From: Octopus vulgaris
Lineage: Eukaryota
Direction: 5' to 3'
Length of the DNA: 64,000 nucleotides
NCBI GenBank assembly: GCA_951406725.2
Contig: OX597833.1
Coordinates: 65,100,001 to 65,164,000, forward strand
Both the position numbers and the translations under genes were made by a program. This document shows, piece by piece, positions 29,781 to 45,375 of this stretch; position 1 is the first letter of the stretch; each line of letters begins with the position of its first letter. The notes beneath the pieces were generated by a model. It saw only the letters and a list, made by a program, of their open reading frames with translations. It searched no databases and had not been told where the DNA came from.

Positions 29781-30841
29781 AAATATACTTATGAATTATT
29801 TACTTGAAAGAAAAACAAATACGTACAAATACGTAAATGAATTATATACACAACCCAATACTATGTTTTATATTCCTAAATTATATAGTGAGCGAAAGAA
29901 TTAGAAAATCTTTCCTTGGCCATCTCGTCTTGTGTTTTCCTTCATTGTAGAAATTATATTATATAAGTCTTCATTAAATCTGATATTTAAATTCAAGGCT
30001 ACTAAATGAATTTTTTTTTTTTTTTGCTGCAGACAAGGAAGATAACTGTAGATGGGTTTCTCTGCATAGCTTAGTCAATAAAAAACAATGTCTTAATATT
30101 TAAAAGTGTAATCTCTAAGGGGTTAATCTTCTAACTTCAACATACACCTAAATTTATTTTAAGTCACATGTTTTTAAATAAATGGTAATATAACATATGG
30201 CAAAATAAGGTAATTAAGAGAGAGACGATAGGGAAACAGCGAAAATTCTTTCATCGATCAAGGGTAACCTACTTGGAATAACAGAGTTAGCTATAATTTC
30301 CCTCTTTATCATAAACTAATTCACAAGTTTTAGTTCGTAAAACAACTTCTCCATGGTATACATCGACAGCTCGGTGTCCTGAGACAGTTTGAGAGTAATG
30401 GTTAGCTTGTTGATAGAATGTAATCGGTAGCAGCTTCGAATCAGGCGATTGATACCCACTTAACATATCCTACACTGACGATTGAATTGATAAAGTAACA
30501 CATGCAAATATTTATTCATAATTACAAATGCATCTCACATTTCGCTCATAGAATATTTATAATATTTATTTTATTACATTCTTTTATCAGGTACCTAATT
30601 ACTAAAGTATTATAAAGATATTTCTTATCGTAGATTTCCTGGTATCGTGTTGCTAATTATAACATACGTGGTGAATTATAGCAAAGGCGATTCCATAGGA
30701 GTTGAAGATGTCATCAAAGAGATATCATTTTGGTTAATAATTTGAATTATCATTCCTGCTGCCATTGTTCCAACAATTAGAAATACAGCCATAACGCCAT
30801 TACTGTTTGTTGACTCCGTGTCCGTCTTTTCAGTCCAAACA

Positions 30842-30909
<68 letters not shown>

Positions 30910-31171
30910 AGTTTGTTTCGATTAACTCCCTCCTCTCTCTCTCACTCCATGTATATGTTAGTGTTCATGAATATCCATCTGCGTATGTATACAAGAACAA
31001 TAACATATTCATGTATGTATACAAGCATATTTTGTGTGTATCGTGCGTATACATTGGCATGGAAACGAATACATATACACACATATATATATATGTATAC
31101 AGACATCAATATATGCGTACATACATATATATGTATATATACATATATATACATATGTACATATATGTATT

Positions 31172-31213
<42 letters not shown>

Positions 31214-31254
31214 TATTGTTATTATACATATGCATATGTATAACACACACACAT

Positions 31255-31372
<118 letters not shown>

Positions 31373-31493
31373 GCATATTTATATGGATGTATTTACAACA
31401 CATCCCTCTCGCCTCCCCTGTACGATTATATATTTACATACATACTTGCAAGCACACATACATACAGACACACACACATAGATGGATGGATAA

Positions 31494-31862
<369 letters not shown>

Positions 31863-32135
31863 TTCATATATCAATTATTCAACAATGCATAACATTATTT
31901 AATCTTACGCATTGCTGAATAAATGATCTCGCTGTTGAAACGCGCACAGAGATGTTTCCATCTGTCCATTGTTGTTTGTTTACTGCATTATAAAGAACCT
32001 AACGTATTGCGCTGTCTCATTGCAGTAATGACGGACTCATAGGAGGCTGACGATCATTATACGACACTTCAGATTCATAAGAAATTCACCATTTGGATAA
32101 TTAGGAATAATTACGCATTAATTACTCCGTTACTA

Positions 32136-32540
32136 AGTAGTTGTGTGGTAAGTAGCTTGTTTACCAACCACATGGTTCCGGGTTCAGTCCCACTGCGTGG
32201 CACCTTGGTTAAGTGTCTTCTACTATAGCCTCGGGCCGACCAAAGCCTTGTCAGTGGATTTGGTAGACGGAAACTGAAAGAAGCCCGTCGTATATATGTA
32301 TATATAAATGTGTGCATGTATGTTTGTATGTCTGTGTTTGTCCCCCCAACATCGCTTCACAACCGATGCTGGTGTGTTTACGTCCCCGTCACTTAGCGGT
32401 TCAGCAAAAGAGACCGATAGAATAAGTACTGGGCTTACAAAGAATAAGTTCCGGGGTCGAGTTGATCGATTAAAGGCGGTGCTCCAGCATGGCCGCAGTC
32501 AAATGACTGAAACAAGTAAAAGAGAGAAAAGAGAAAGAGA
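32136..32540 (+). mobile_element. SINE family C, near full length
   Basis: Head tgtgtggtaagtagc..gggttcagtccc, CORE-like accttgg..aagtgtctt, internal microsatellite and tail ggtgctccagcatggccgcagtc. Confidence 0.9.
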
Positions 32541-32594
32541 GATACAAACATATGTGTGTGTGCCCATGTATATACACACATATATAAAGTAAGT

Positions 32595-32957
32595 ACGCAA
32601 CTGGTACTTAATTTATCGACCCCGAAAAGATGAAAAGCAAAGTCGACCTCGGTGGAGTTTGAACTCAGAACGTAACGGCAGACGAAATACTGCTAAGCAT
32701 TTCACCCTTCGTGCTAACGTTTCTTATTTCTTTATTGCCCACCAGGGGATAAACGCAGAGGGGACAAACAATGACAGACAAACGGATTAAGTCGATTACA
32801 TCGACCCCAGTGCGTAACTGGTACTTAATCTATCGACCCCGAAAGGATGAAAAGCGAAGTCGACCTCGGCGGAGTTTGAACTCAGAACGTAACGGCAGCC
32901 GAAATACTGCAAAGCATTTCGCCCTTCGTGCTAACGTTTGTGCTAGCTCGCCGCCTT
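32595..32957 (-). mobile_element. Head-to-tail dimer of SINE family N
   Basis: Two reverse-complement cores; the junction reads aaagaaataag|aaacgttagcac. Confidence 0.85.
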
Positions 32958-32971
32958 AAAAGAAGAAAAGA

Positions 32972-33019
<48 letters not shown>

Positions 33020-33378
33020 TTATTGTTCGTAAAGAAGAATATCATGGACAAAGATTTCTGAGACTCAGCCAATTAAGCAATCGTCGGATTGCAAATCTTT
33101 TAATTAATCTTGGCTTTATATATTTGCTGTCGATTTAAAATCTTCCTTGAGACAGTGAATTCGAGCGGGTTGATCATTGTGGTGTGGGGTGATTTGTTAT
33201 GGAAAGGTGCTTTAAAGAAATTTTAATTAATTAAATTCCACAATGTAACGGTCAAAGTTTCCAAATTTTTATCCAGTTTTTAAAAAACTTTTTCATTTGG
33301 GGCATCGATATTTTTTTATACCAGAACTTCTTAGCAGTTCAGAAGAGAATGAAAAGATGTGATATACATATGAAGACA

Positions 33379-33569
33379 TACGAAGTAGTTCCTGGCTTTG
33401 GGTAAAAGGAAATAATACACGGAGGATCAGTGAATTATGATTTCAATCTATATATTCTCCTCTCAGAGTCACACACTAGTTGCAGCGGTCCTTTAGTTTT
33501 TCTAACACCTACAGAAAGAAATCAGAATGTTGAGTCTCCAGCCAGGCCTTATCAGCTCCCCCACATGTA
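33379..33569 (-). mobile_element. Mariner-derived MITE (relative of 43564-43785)
   Basis: The minus strand has ttagaaaaactaaaggaccgctgcaac, matching the transposase C-terminal remnant of the other copy. Confidence 0.6.
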
Positions 33570-33581
33570 TATATGTATATG

Positions 33582-33612
<31 letters not shown>

Positions 33613-33707
33613 ATGTTTGTGTGTGTGTGTAAGCGTGTGTGTGTGTGTGTGTGTAAGCGTGTGTATGTGTGTGTGCCGGTTTGTATATATATATATAGAT
33701 GACCATA

Positions 33708-34435
33708 TTCGGTAAGGATTATATATAATTATAATAAAGGGTTAATTGCAACAAGTTGCTTAAACCACATACCGAAAATATTAGAAATAGCAGCCAAATA
33801 GGTTACCATTACTACTACTAGAAAAATAAGTCTCCACAAACAAACAGAATTTGTAACCACTATATGGTAAAGAGAAAGAAGATAACGAAATCACAGCCTA
33901 TTTGGATTAATTATGGACGAACTCGTTTCTAGATTAGAATCGAAAATTCATTTCCTTATCAACATAATATTTCCTATAAATCTAGAAATGCTAGGAAAAA
34001 ACTCACCCATTTCATCAACTCGACCAGGCGACATCGAACGATATAACAGTCTGCCAGCATCTCCGCATTTATATAGACAGGCGAATTCGTATCTCCCTCC
34101 AAAATTTCACCACGTGAGTTACAAAAACAGTATCACCGAAACGAAGTTTCGCAGATTCATTGTATGGGAGTAATAGTATTCGATACACATAAGGGGTGAA
34201 ATATAATTAATTTAATAAAATTAATAAATTTTACCTAGTAGTTTTTTTCGGTAAGGATTATATATAATTATAATAAAGGGTTAATTGCAACAAGTTGCTT
34301 AAACCACATACCGAAAATATTAGAAATGGCAGGCAAATAGGTTACCATTACTACTACTAGAAAAATAAGTCTCCACAAACAAACAGAATTTGTAACTCGT
34401 ATATGGTAAAGTAGTAGTAGTAATGGTAACCTATA
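33708..34435. mobile_element. Element with 164-bp direct terminal repeats and a short terminal inversion (Penelope-like architecture)
   Basis: 33708-33871 is nearly identical to 34247-34411. The following gtagtagtagtaatggtaacctat is an inversion of internal ataggttaccattactactac. The flanks are TA-rich. Confidence 0.55.
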
Positions 34436-34557
34436 TATATAGATGTATAGATATGAATTTCTATGTAATTATATATGTATATTTACATACATGAATACTT
34501 ACTATGTTTGCGCATTTGTATATATGTATGTATGTATGTATATATATATATACATAA

Positions 34558-34614
<57 letters not shown>

Positions 34615-34629
34615 TATACATATATATAC

Positions 34630-34670
<41 letters not shown>

Positions 34671-35520
34671 CATATATATATGCATATACAGATCATATAT
34701 GCATACATATATGTATAAATATAATATATACATGCGTACATGCATATATATATATATGTATGTATATATGTATATATATACAAATATATATACATACATA
34801 CTTATATACATATATATGTGAGTACGCACAGACATCCAGACGCACACACTCATCTTGCCTTACAATAGCAACATATGTGTATATTTAAAATTTGACGAAG
34901 GTTTTGCTCATTTTCGAAACCATTTAAGTTATCATGTTCAACGTATTTCATAATCGCCGTCACAACTTGACCCGAAAGCATGAGTTCATTTTAACAAGCA
35001 AATAATATGAACGAATATATAAAATCATTAATTAAAAGCGTTGTATTTTATCTTCAATTTAAAATCTGTCCGAATCTCCATTTTGTTTTCAGAATTCATA
35101 TCTGGCGGCGATCAATGTTGTCCTTCATCTTTCCAGCAACATTGAAATATAACAACAATAGATTACATAATCTTTCTTGTACAACTTTGGCCTCGATCCA
35201 ACGCTAGTAATAATCAATTTGAAACATATGTAATATCGTGACTGCTCTTGTAGTACAATAGATGTGTTGTTCATTGATAGTATGGCACGATGTCGCTTGA
35301 GGGGCATCTGTCTGCACGTTTCGTTAAAGTCCTGTTTTCGCAAACGTCCCTGAGTATTACGTTTGAAGTTCTTCCATAAATCATCTCATGATATATCTGG
35401 ACCTATCACCAATGCTATTTCCATAAGTCTTTAGGTATTCCAGTTCTTTAGATCGTGAAATACCCACTTGCAGGTAACCCGGCAGAAGTTAATCCAGCCC
35501 CATCTTTATCCAATTTATTC

Positions 35521-35965
35521 AAACTTGAAATCTTCAAAGCCACAGTCGAACCAATTCTACTATATGGCTCAGAAAGCTAGACGTTATCAAAGAAGCTTGA
35601 GAGGCGGTTGGATGGAACCTACACTCGCCTCCTTATGAAGAGCTCAAAACCTCTCGTGGAAGCGCCATCCAACCAAAATGCAAGCATACGGGAAACTACC
35701 ACCTGTGTCATCTCTTGTGAAAGGTAGGAGAGTCCAGTTTGCTGGACATTGTTGTAGAGCTGAAAAAGAGGTAATTTCTACTATTCTCCTCTGGAAGCCA
35801 TCTACTCGCAATACCAGAGGGCGCACACCCTCCTACCCTGATGTAATCTCCAGGGATACAGGCATCCAGCAACAGGACCTCCGTAATGCCATGATGGACC
35901 GTGAAGTCTGGCGTAGCATGGTAAATTCCATTGTCTCGACCACGGTCGAACAATGATGATGATGA
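35521..35965 (+). mobile_element. RTE-clade LINE 3' fragment (pseudogenised end of RT ORF)
   Basis: Encodes FKATVEPILLYGSES*TLSKKLERRLDGTYTRLL, then after a frameshift RRVQFAGHCCR..LLWKP..RGR..AMMDREVWR, followed by a (TGA)n tail. Confidence 0.9.
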
Positions 35966-36315
35966 ACTCCTGTAACATTACTCTAGAAATAACTTTTCTA
36001 TGCTTCGGGGTCTATCCTCAAACTTACTTTCGTATTTCTATGTTTTGCGGCATTTAATGAACGATAGCAAATTAATCACACCAGTTTCCACTATGAATGT
36101 GTCACACTATTAACCCTAATGCGATAAAAGGGTTAATGGTGTGACATCTTCACACATGTACATCACAATACTAATGTGTAAGTCCAGTATCTTATTATTC
36201 AACATGTCCTTCAAGATGGCGAGCTCGTAGAATCGCCAGAATGTTGGATAAAAATGCATCATGGCATTCGTTTCGAATCTTTAGGAACTGACTTCAAGAA
36301 ATTATTAATTATTTA

Positions 36316-36657
36316 ATGAGGTGATGATGATGTTGAACATTTTGATGAGCCTGCTGCTAAGGAATATGATGATGATAATGATGATGATGATTATGGTCAT
36401 GATGATGCTGATGATAATGACTAATATAATAACGATGGTGACAATGATGACAATGATGATGATATAGCCATGATTATACTGATGATGTTAATGACTAAAA
36501 TGATGATGATGATGTTGACGACGACGACGACCATGATGATGATGATGATGATGATGATTATGACGGTCAGGATAATGCTGATGATAATAATGACTACTAT
36601 GATGATGGTGTTGATGACTATGATGATGACGATGACGATGATGATAATGATAATGAC
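36316..36657 (+). repeat. Compound (GAT)n unit inserted in a decayed family N SINE; homologous to 60478-60862 (-)
   Basis: Shares unique interruptions with the other copy. The SINE head lies at 36213-36300 and its core resumes at gactttgc (~36655). Confidence 0.8.
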
Positions 36658-37810
36658 TTTGCTTTTCTACCTTTCGGGGCTGAGAGAGAAATCTCTGATT
36701 ATAATAAGCGGCTTTGCATGTATTGGAAATCATTTTTGAAGTAATTCTCTATTACACTGCCATATTTCTCTACATTGCTATGGTTGTTGTTATTACTGCT
36801 TTTGTTTTTTGTTTTTTATTTAGCTTACTGATGGAGCAGACGTATGTATCAAGATATTTCTGCCTTAATTATAGAAATAGTAATTAATGTAATTTTTCTC
36901 ATGTATCCTTCATTTCGTAAGATGTTAAGGCTTAATTTAACTGAGTCTTTGCTGCTATTTCCTCCAAGGTCAAATGATAACATACAGACTCTTCCATCAC
37001 TCTTTACAACACATTCCAGAAATCGGAGCCGTTGCATTTTTATCGATAGCGATCGATACTGTTTGACCATTCAGCAGAGCAAGCTGCTATTTTGAAACAA
37101 AGAGAAAAACTGAAGAAAATAAACAAAAAAAAAGAGAAAAACGAAAAACGAAAAAAAAAAAATGAACAAGCAAGTCTTACAGATTTGTACAAAACTATCA
37201 CCCACCACCATGTAAGTGGGTACGACGTGGATATGTGGAGATGTCGAGATGTCGAGATGCTACGATGCTGCGAAGCTGAGATGCTGGGATGGTTGGAAAG
37301 AGAATACAAAGTAATATATTTAGCAGCTGCCTAAATATAGCAAACGCCCTCTCAGTGTTCAATATTTGCTATTGATCTAAATATTGGCGAGCTGACAGGG
37401 AAGCTAATTAGCAAACGATTTTACTCCATTCTGCTGTTACAAGCTACAATTCCAAACAGAAATTTAATTTGGTTTCCATACCTAATCTTCAAAGTCCCAT
37501 AGAAGATATTCACGTTGAGAAGAAGAATTGGTAATTCCACCTTAATTTTCTTCAATAAAATTACCGTTGGACTCTGTTTGGTGGAAAATAGTCTTAGTGA
37601 GATAATAGAGAGAAAATTGGTTACACACACACACACAAACACATACACAGGCATATAAAGATATAACTTGTGTGTGTGTGTGTGTGATAGTATACGTTAG
37701 TAACTTATAAAGGAAAAAATCTTCATTGTTCCAAAGTAATAATTGCTAATAATTAAATATGAACCTTGCTCAACTAATAAAAACATTATATTGACAAATT
37801 GAATTCTTAG

Positions 37811-37842
<32 letters not shown>

Positions 37843-38443
37843 TCACACACATGCACATACGCACACAAATACAGACACAGATATAGATACAGATGTCTAT
37901 GACTAAGGTGCTGGCGAATGACCCCATTTAACATACAGCGTTTTATTCGTATATTTAAGTGGAAACTGAAGATTTGTGGACCGTAATTCTGTTTCATCTT
38001 CCGATTATTCGAAAGATTGTCAACGGAAAGCAACGTAACATTATACATGAAACAATATTCGTGACGCATCGGTATACAATTATACGCCGAGATATGATCG
38101 GCTGCTAAAACACCATTACAAATATAAATATATTCACGCATTTGCCTATCACACAATAAGCATATTCCTAATTTACATACAACTAATCATTTTACAAAAT
38201 AACCCTTAATGTACAACTAAGCACGAAGTTGTATTTGTGAAGCATACGAAAGCAAATAAGGTGCCTCTTGCTGATAAGCTTTTAATGTCAATTCAGTACA
38301 TTGTCGTAAATTTTGTATTTAAGTATGTATCTATATTTCGGGCACAAGAGCTTCGTTATTTTCGGGATACGCTAGCTCAATCAGTTCATATTTAGATAGA
38401 TATTCCTCACTAAATATTATTGAAAGTCCATGTATGCATGTAC

Positions 38444-38533
<90 letters not shown>

Positions 38534-38549
38534 TTATATATATGGTCAA

Positions 38550-38740
38550 TCCAAGCAAAGAAGAATAAAAAAGAAAAAGGCAATAACGCGAGGACGTGGT
38601 ACAAGTACTGTATTATCAGACGCTCAGAAAAGAAAAGAAAGAGGATTTAACGTTTCGAGGAAAGCTCTTCTTCAGTACTACAGGGAAGTCTAAAAGAAGG
38701 GAAGACGGAGGACGAAAATCGCTAATGATACACATGCGGT
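38550..38740 (-). mobile_element. H1-related element with hammerhead core
   Basis: The minus strand reads CTGAAGA-A-GAG-CTTTC-CTC-GAA-ACGT-T (38645-38680). Stem I is decayed and the flanks are (TA)n. Confidence 0.6.
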
Positions 38741-38764
38741 TATATATATAAATATATATATATA

Positions 38765-38925
38765 TGATGGGCTTCTTTCAGTTTCTGTCTACCAAGTACA
38801 CTCACAAGACTTCGGTCGGCCCAAGGCAATAGTAGACGACAACTACCCACGGTGCCACGCAGTGAGACTGAATCCGGAACCATGTGGTTAATAAGCAAGC
38901 TTCTAACCACACAACCGCTCCTGCG
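38765..38925 (-). mobile_element. SINE family C head
   Basis: Contains gggcttctttcagttt..ggaaccatgtgg..accacac. Confidence 0.8.
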
Positions 38926-39105
38926 CATACACACACACACACACACACTCACACACATATATATATATACATGTATATATACATATATATTTATATATAT
39001 ATAGATATACGTATATATATATATATATATATATGTAGGTATATACATATATAAATGTATATATATATGTATATGTATATATATATACATATTTATATAT
39101 ACATA

Positions 39106-39160
<55 letters not shown>

Positions 39161-40182
39161 GTATAATAATGTATATATGTATAAATATATATATACATTG
39201 CTTCTTAAGTGATGGCCACATTACCTTACAAACACCTTGCCAACCTACCGTCCCTCCCCACACCATATTATGTACTTAAATGAATTTCTTTGCGCTTTTT
39301 TTTCTCGTTTGCATTTAAACTTCCTTATTTTTATCTCTACAGGATAATTGAATCAGTTGCTAAGAATATATAATCATGCTTACTACGTCAGTCTGACATT
39401 TAAAAGGGGGAAAAAATAGAAATCAGCTATTTACAACAGCCTATTACTATACTGTTAATTCTAAATGTCCCCGTGTGTTCAGCTAAAACCAAACATAGAA
39501 ATATAAATGTAGAAAGATAGAGAGAAAAGGGGAAAGAAAGATTCAGATAGATAGAGAGACAGGTAGACACACAGACAGTCAGAGAGAAAGGGATGGAGAA
39601 AGATAGAAGCGCTTGCACTTTGTTCTCAAATCATAAATAATCTTCCCTGACATACTACGCACACTCACAGGCAGCTGATACAAGCGGCCGTTTGTAATAA
39701 CCTGTTAATCTAACAGTTAGTTTGTCGTTATTCTATTTAAAGTTACACAGGTTTTACATTATGAAATCTGGTTGCGACTAAAAAAAGATATTTAAATTCG
39801 CTTCGTGAAGGACTTGGAGAAAACAAAATTGAAAGATAGAATATAAAATGAATTATCGTGGAATGGTTTTCATCTGAAGTTTTATAACATTAACGGTTTC
39901 ATGTATGCCGTTTCTGTTAAATATTTCTTGCTAATTCCGGCACAAAGCCGACAGATTTGAAAGGAAGGGGCAAGAAGATGCCAAGTCATATCTTATTTCT
40001 TTACTGTCCACAAGGACAGACAAACGGATTAAGTCGATTATATCGAGTTCAGTGCGTAAAGATACGTTGGTGGGTAGCAAACATTTTCAGCGTGCGTATT
40101 CGTGAAAGCAGCTCTCTAGCATGGCCGTAATCGAATGACAGAAGAAAGTTAAAGAAAATGTTAACATATATGTGTCCATGCT

Positions 40183-40635
40183 TCTTATTTCTTTACTACC
40201 CACAAGGGGCTAAACACAGAGGGGACAAACGACGACAGACAAACGGATTGAGTCGATTACATCGACCCCAGTGCGTAACTGGTACTTATTTAATCGACCC
40301 CGAAAGGATGAAAGGCAAAGTCGACCTCGGCGGAATTTGAACTCAGAACGTAAAGACAGACGAAATATCACTTGGCATTTCGCACGACGTGCTAACGATT
40401 CTTATTTCTTTACTGCCCACAAGGGGCTAAACACAGAGAGGACAAACAAGGACAGACAAACGGATTAAGTCGATTATATCGACCCCAGTGCGTAACTGGT
40501 ACTTTATTTAATCGACCCAGAAAGGATGAAAGGCAAAGTGGACCCGGCGGAATTTGAACTCAGAACGTAACGGCAGACGAAATACCGTTAAGCATCTCGC
40601 CCGGCGTGCTAACGTTTCTGCCAGCTCGCCGCCTT
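40183..40635 (-). mobile_element. Head-to-tail dimer of SINE family N
   Basis: Two reverse-complement copies; the junction reads aaagaaataag|aatcgttagcac. Confidence 0.9.
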
Positions 40636-40934
40636 ACCCATGCCTCTGTGTATACGTCCATGCTTCTGTGTATACGTCCATGCTTCTGTGTATCTGAATG
40701 TGTGAGTGTGTTGTGAGTTTGTGTATGTTAACGTGATTTTGTATAGGTACAAAATGATTTCGAATACAGTAGAAATCTGTTACGGATTATCAGATATAAT
40801 TACATAAAATAGCGAAATGGCCAGATTCAAAATAACCATCGGGCTACGCTTAATGTAATCAGAAGATTATAGATCACCAAAAGTTTCTGTTCCAAATTGA
40901 TCGTTATAAACGTCCTCACAGTGTAGATCAAATC

Positions 40935-40980
<46 letters not shown>

Positions 40981-41351
40981 CTGTCTACACATTAGTATGC
41001 AAATATATAAATATATTTTGGTGTAAATGAAATTATACACGTATATCTATGTGTGTTTGTTCGATAGTCAGACAGACAAGCACAGACAGATACATACATA
41101 CATACATACGCACATATATACGTACATACGTAAATACATACACACACACACACACACACATATACATACACACATACTTACATATATATGTATACATACA
41201 TATATACGTAGACAGATGTATGGATAAAGCGAACGCTCACAGGCACTGATGCATATATGTGTGTATGTGTTTATATATATATGTGTGTGTGTGTGTATAT
41301 ATATATACCGACCTGGTATATATATATAGAGAGAGATATATATAGATAGAT

Positions 41352-41382
<31 letters not shown>

Positions 41383-41392
41383 CAGATAGATT

Positions 41393-41463
<71 letters not shown>

Positions 41464-41609
41464 TGATTGATAGAAGGATATAGATATAGAGATATAGTAT
41501 AGATATACATATATAACAAACAATGAAAGAAATTTCACCCATACGTTTCTGAAAATATTCACATTTGAACACACACACACACACATTTATATATACACAT
41601 ACATAAATC

Positions 41610-41651
<42 letters not shown>

Positions 41652-41743
41652 TATGTGTATGCTTGAATCTTGAATGTCTGTGAGATAGTGCAGTATTGAA
41701 GGAATAAAGAACATAATTATCGACTTCGTGCTCTCTGTCTTTG

Positions 41744-41816
<73 letters not shown>

Positions 41817-41892
41817 GTATGTATGCATGTATGGTATGTATATCATATATATATATATGTAGATATACATGTTTGTATATAATAAATATGTT

Positions 41893-41924
<32 letters not shown>

Positions 41925-41935
41925 CATATATATAT

Positions 41936-42045
<110 letters not shown>

Positions 42046-42812
42046 TGTATGTATATATGTATATGCATATACACGATACATGAAAAGAAATTAGTTAATA
42101 ATACGTAACGTACTTCCAAGTGCGACACCACGCCTCGATTTGCTTCTTCCACCATTGACCAATTAGATTCAAAGAATTGCAAATAATTTGGAATCGATTC
42201 TTGTCTCATTTAACATTTATATTCATTTAACTTTGGTTTTATTCCTTTTCTACTCCATCTCTGGTCTTTTTTTTTTCTTTTATTTCTTTTATTTCTTTCT
42301 CTTCTTCCATAATTCTTTTTCGGAAATGTTCACAACTTTTTCGTCTAGCTTTCATTTAAAATACACACACACATGGATATACTTGCATATAAATATATAT
42401 AGACACATACACATATACGTGTGTGTGTGTGTGTATACTATACTATATTATGCTTTTGCCTGCTTGAATTGTCTTTTTTATATATATATATATATATAAA
42501 TGTGTTCGTTTTTCGTTTCATTCTCTTGATTTCTATGATCCACGTTCTTCTTTTCGTTAAGTATCATTTTATATATTCCTCCACTTATTAGTTTTTATTT
42601 CCCTCTTTTTTATATGTATTTTTGTTTTGTAATCTCTCTTGCAGACATATTCGGGTATATATATATATTTGTATGTATGTATATATAGATATACATACAT
42701 AAATACATGTTTATATATATATATCTTTGGATATATGTACATATATACATGTATGTGTATATGTTGTATATATATATATATATATAATGAATATGTATGT
42801 GTGTGTGTATTG

Positions 42813-42845
<33 letters not shown>

Positions 42846-43094
42846 ATGTGTGTGTTTGTGGTGTGTGTGTATGTATGTATGTGTATGTATTTGTTTATCG
42901 TTTACTGCTTTTTACGTTAGCTTTTCCCAAAAAATATTTTCGCTTAATTTCTAATTTTGTATAACCCACTAATTTCTTTTCGTTTCATTTCCTTTTGTAC
43001 GTTCCCGCTTATTAAGCTTTCATTTTTTTAATATCACTTCGACACACACCATCATGCTCATATACACAAACGCACAGGAACACACACCAACACA

Positions 43095-43130
<36 letters not shown>

Positions 43131-43563
43131 AACATACACTCTAACTAATACATTCTTACATACATATTTTATGGCATTTTTTATTGAGTTAATTTATTTC
43201 CACATCGATCATTATTTTGGCCACATCTTCATAGATAATTTTTTGAACGTTGCTATATTTTTCTCTTTTAATTGTTCATTGTTACTTTCTCATTAAAATA
43301 TATTTCTTCATCAAGTACCAATTAAGGCGCGGCCAGCGTCAGATTGTTAGCGAGTTCACTTTACACACATGTGTAACCTGATTGTTCTACCACTACGCAC
43401 CGCACTTTCGGAATCTTTCTACGTCTGTAGCCCTTGACAAAGATATACTCCCTGAATAAAATTTGAGAGACGGAAACTGCACAGAATCTATGCATTGACC
43501 CTTATATACATGCCAATTAACCCGTAACTGAGACCCTGATAGCCGTTACTACTCATGATCCTC

Positions 43564-43785
43564 TATGAGGGTTTGCTGAAAAACTCGTGAGGTTGGTTAT
43601 CGCGAGAAGCTTAGATGGTGACGCAGCCTACCGAGTTCTTTAATAAAACTTAGAAAAACTGAAGGACCGCTCCAACAAATGCCTGAATCTGAGAAGGGAA
43701 TATGTTCAATAAAATCATAATTAACTGGTCTCCCCGCTGTATTTTCATTTACCCAACGCCGGGATCTTTTCAGCACCACCTCGTA
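43564..43785 (+). mobile_element. Mariner-derived MITE
   Basis: TIRs TATGAGGGTTTGCTGAAAA and TTTTCAGCACCACCTCGTA with TA ends. The interior encodes LEKLKDRSNKCLNLRREYVQ*, a mariner C-terminus. Confidence 0.8.
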
Positions 43786-44908
43786 CACCTGGAAACAATA
43801 GTGTCCAAGAGGTAGTTCTCAAAACCCTGGAATTCCCAAGCCAGGCTCCCGCCACTGGAAGCAGATTAATGCTATAGCCCGTACTGTGACTAGCCCTTCA
43901 TTGAAACTATATAGTTCTACAGTTATTATATATATATATTATAAATATATATATACATATACGCCCGCACACACACACACACACGCACATATACTCACAC
44001 ACACACACACAGATATATATATGTGTGTATGTATGTATGTATGTATGTATGTATATAAGTATATACGGCGGAATCTGTGTCTTTGTGACAAGTGTTTGTT
44101 CCAACCCACCTCTTGACAAAATGTGTTGGTTTGTGTAGTCCCAGTAACATTGTGATTCGGCAAAAGAAACCGATATAATAAGGTCAATGCTCAAACAATA
44201 GGCACCGTTCGACTAAATCCTCCAAAGTGGTGCCCCAACGTAGCCGCAATCGCATGACTGAAGCAGGAAAACTTAAAATATATTTTTATGTATGAGTATG
44301 GGTTTGCGTGAGTGTAGGTGTGTTTGTGTAGCTAGCGTAATTAACTCCAGCAGTGAACTGCTAACATATATAATGTAGCCGATACATTCATATTTAATTA
44401 ACAAAGACCTAACACCTGAGAAAGTGAGGTAAACATTGTTGAACAGCGTTTAACCCAGCCAAACTACAATCAAGAAAGACTAATGAAACGAAGAAAAACT
44501 ACAAAAATATCTATGATGTAATAGGTTGCCGTAACCGAGAGTGAAGTGAGTGAAAACAGAAAGAGTCGATGAGGCAAAAAGCAAGGATAACTGCAAGTTC
44601 GCTATGATTATATCTCGGTTTCTCACATAGTTATCACACCAAAAACTTAAAATGTATTTGCTGCAAGGCTAACTACGTTCTTTCATTAATCTAATTAACT
44701 AGGATTTTTTTTGTTTACGTAATTAACTTAGCGCATGTGTTAAGTGAAACAAACAACTATTCATGATTAACATTACATGTTTGTAGAAAGCAAACAATAC
44801 GCTGAGAAATGATGAAGGCGCGTAATGATATTACAAAGAAACCTAACATTAAGCTCTTCCAAAATTGTTAAAACTCAAGCCTAGAACTATGCTGATAAGT
44901 CATATTTA

Positions 44909-44953
<45 letters not shown>

Positions 44954-45021
44954 TCGTATGTATGTTACGTATTTGTATGAAAATCCACATAAGTATGTAT
45001 GGATACGTATCAATACATATG

Positions 45022-45081
<60 letters not shown>

Positions 45082-45082
<1 letters not shown>

Positions 45083-45375
45083 ATAGAAATGGTAAGACAA
45101 CAAAAGAATGAAAGAGAACTCGATATTATGTAAATAGAGGAGTTAATCTGTAAATATAACATGTAACAGTTATTGGGTAGCCATGATACAACTCCAAGTT
45201 TCGGATGTCGGGGTGGAATTCCACACCACCATATCTTCAATTATCCGGCCATTGGAAGAATGCATTCTTCCGATGGCCGCATAATTGAAGAGATGCCGGC
45301 GTGGATTTCCACCCCGACATCCAAAACTAGGAGTTTCATCATGGCTACTGAATAATTGTTACATATTACATTTAC

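Noticed and set aside
40637-40695. Three copies of a 20-bp unit (ccatgcttctgtgtatacgt)
   Set aside because: Ordinary local minisatellite next to a SINE end.
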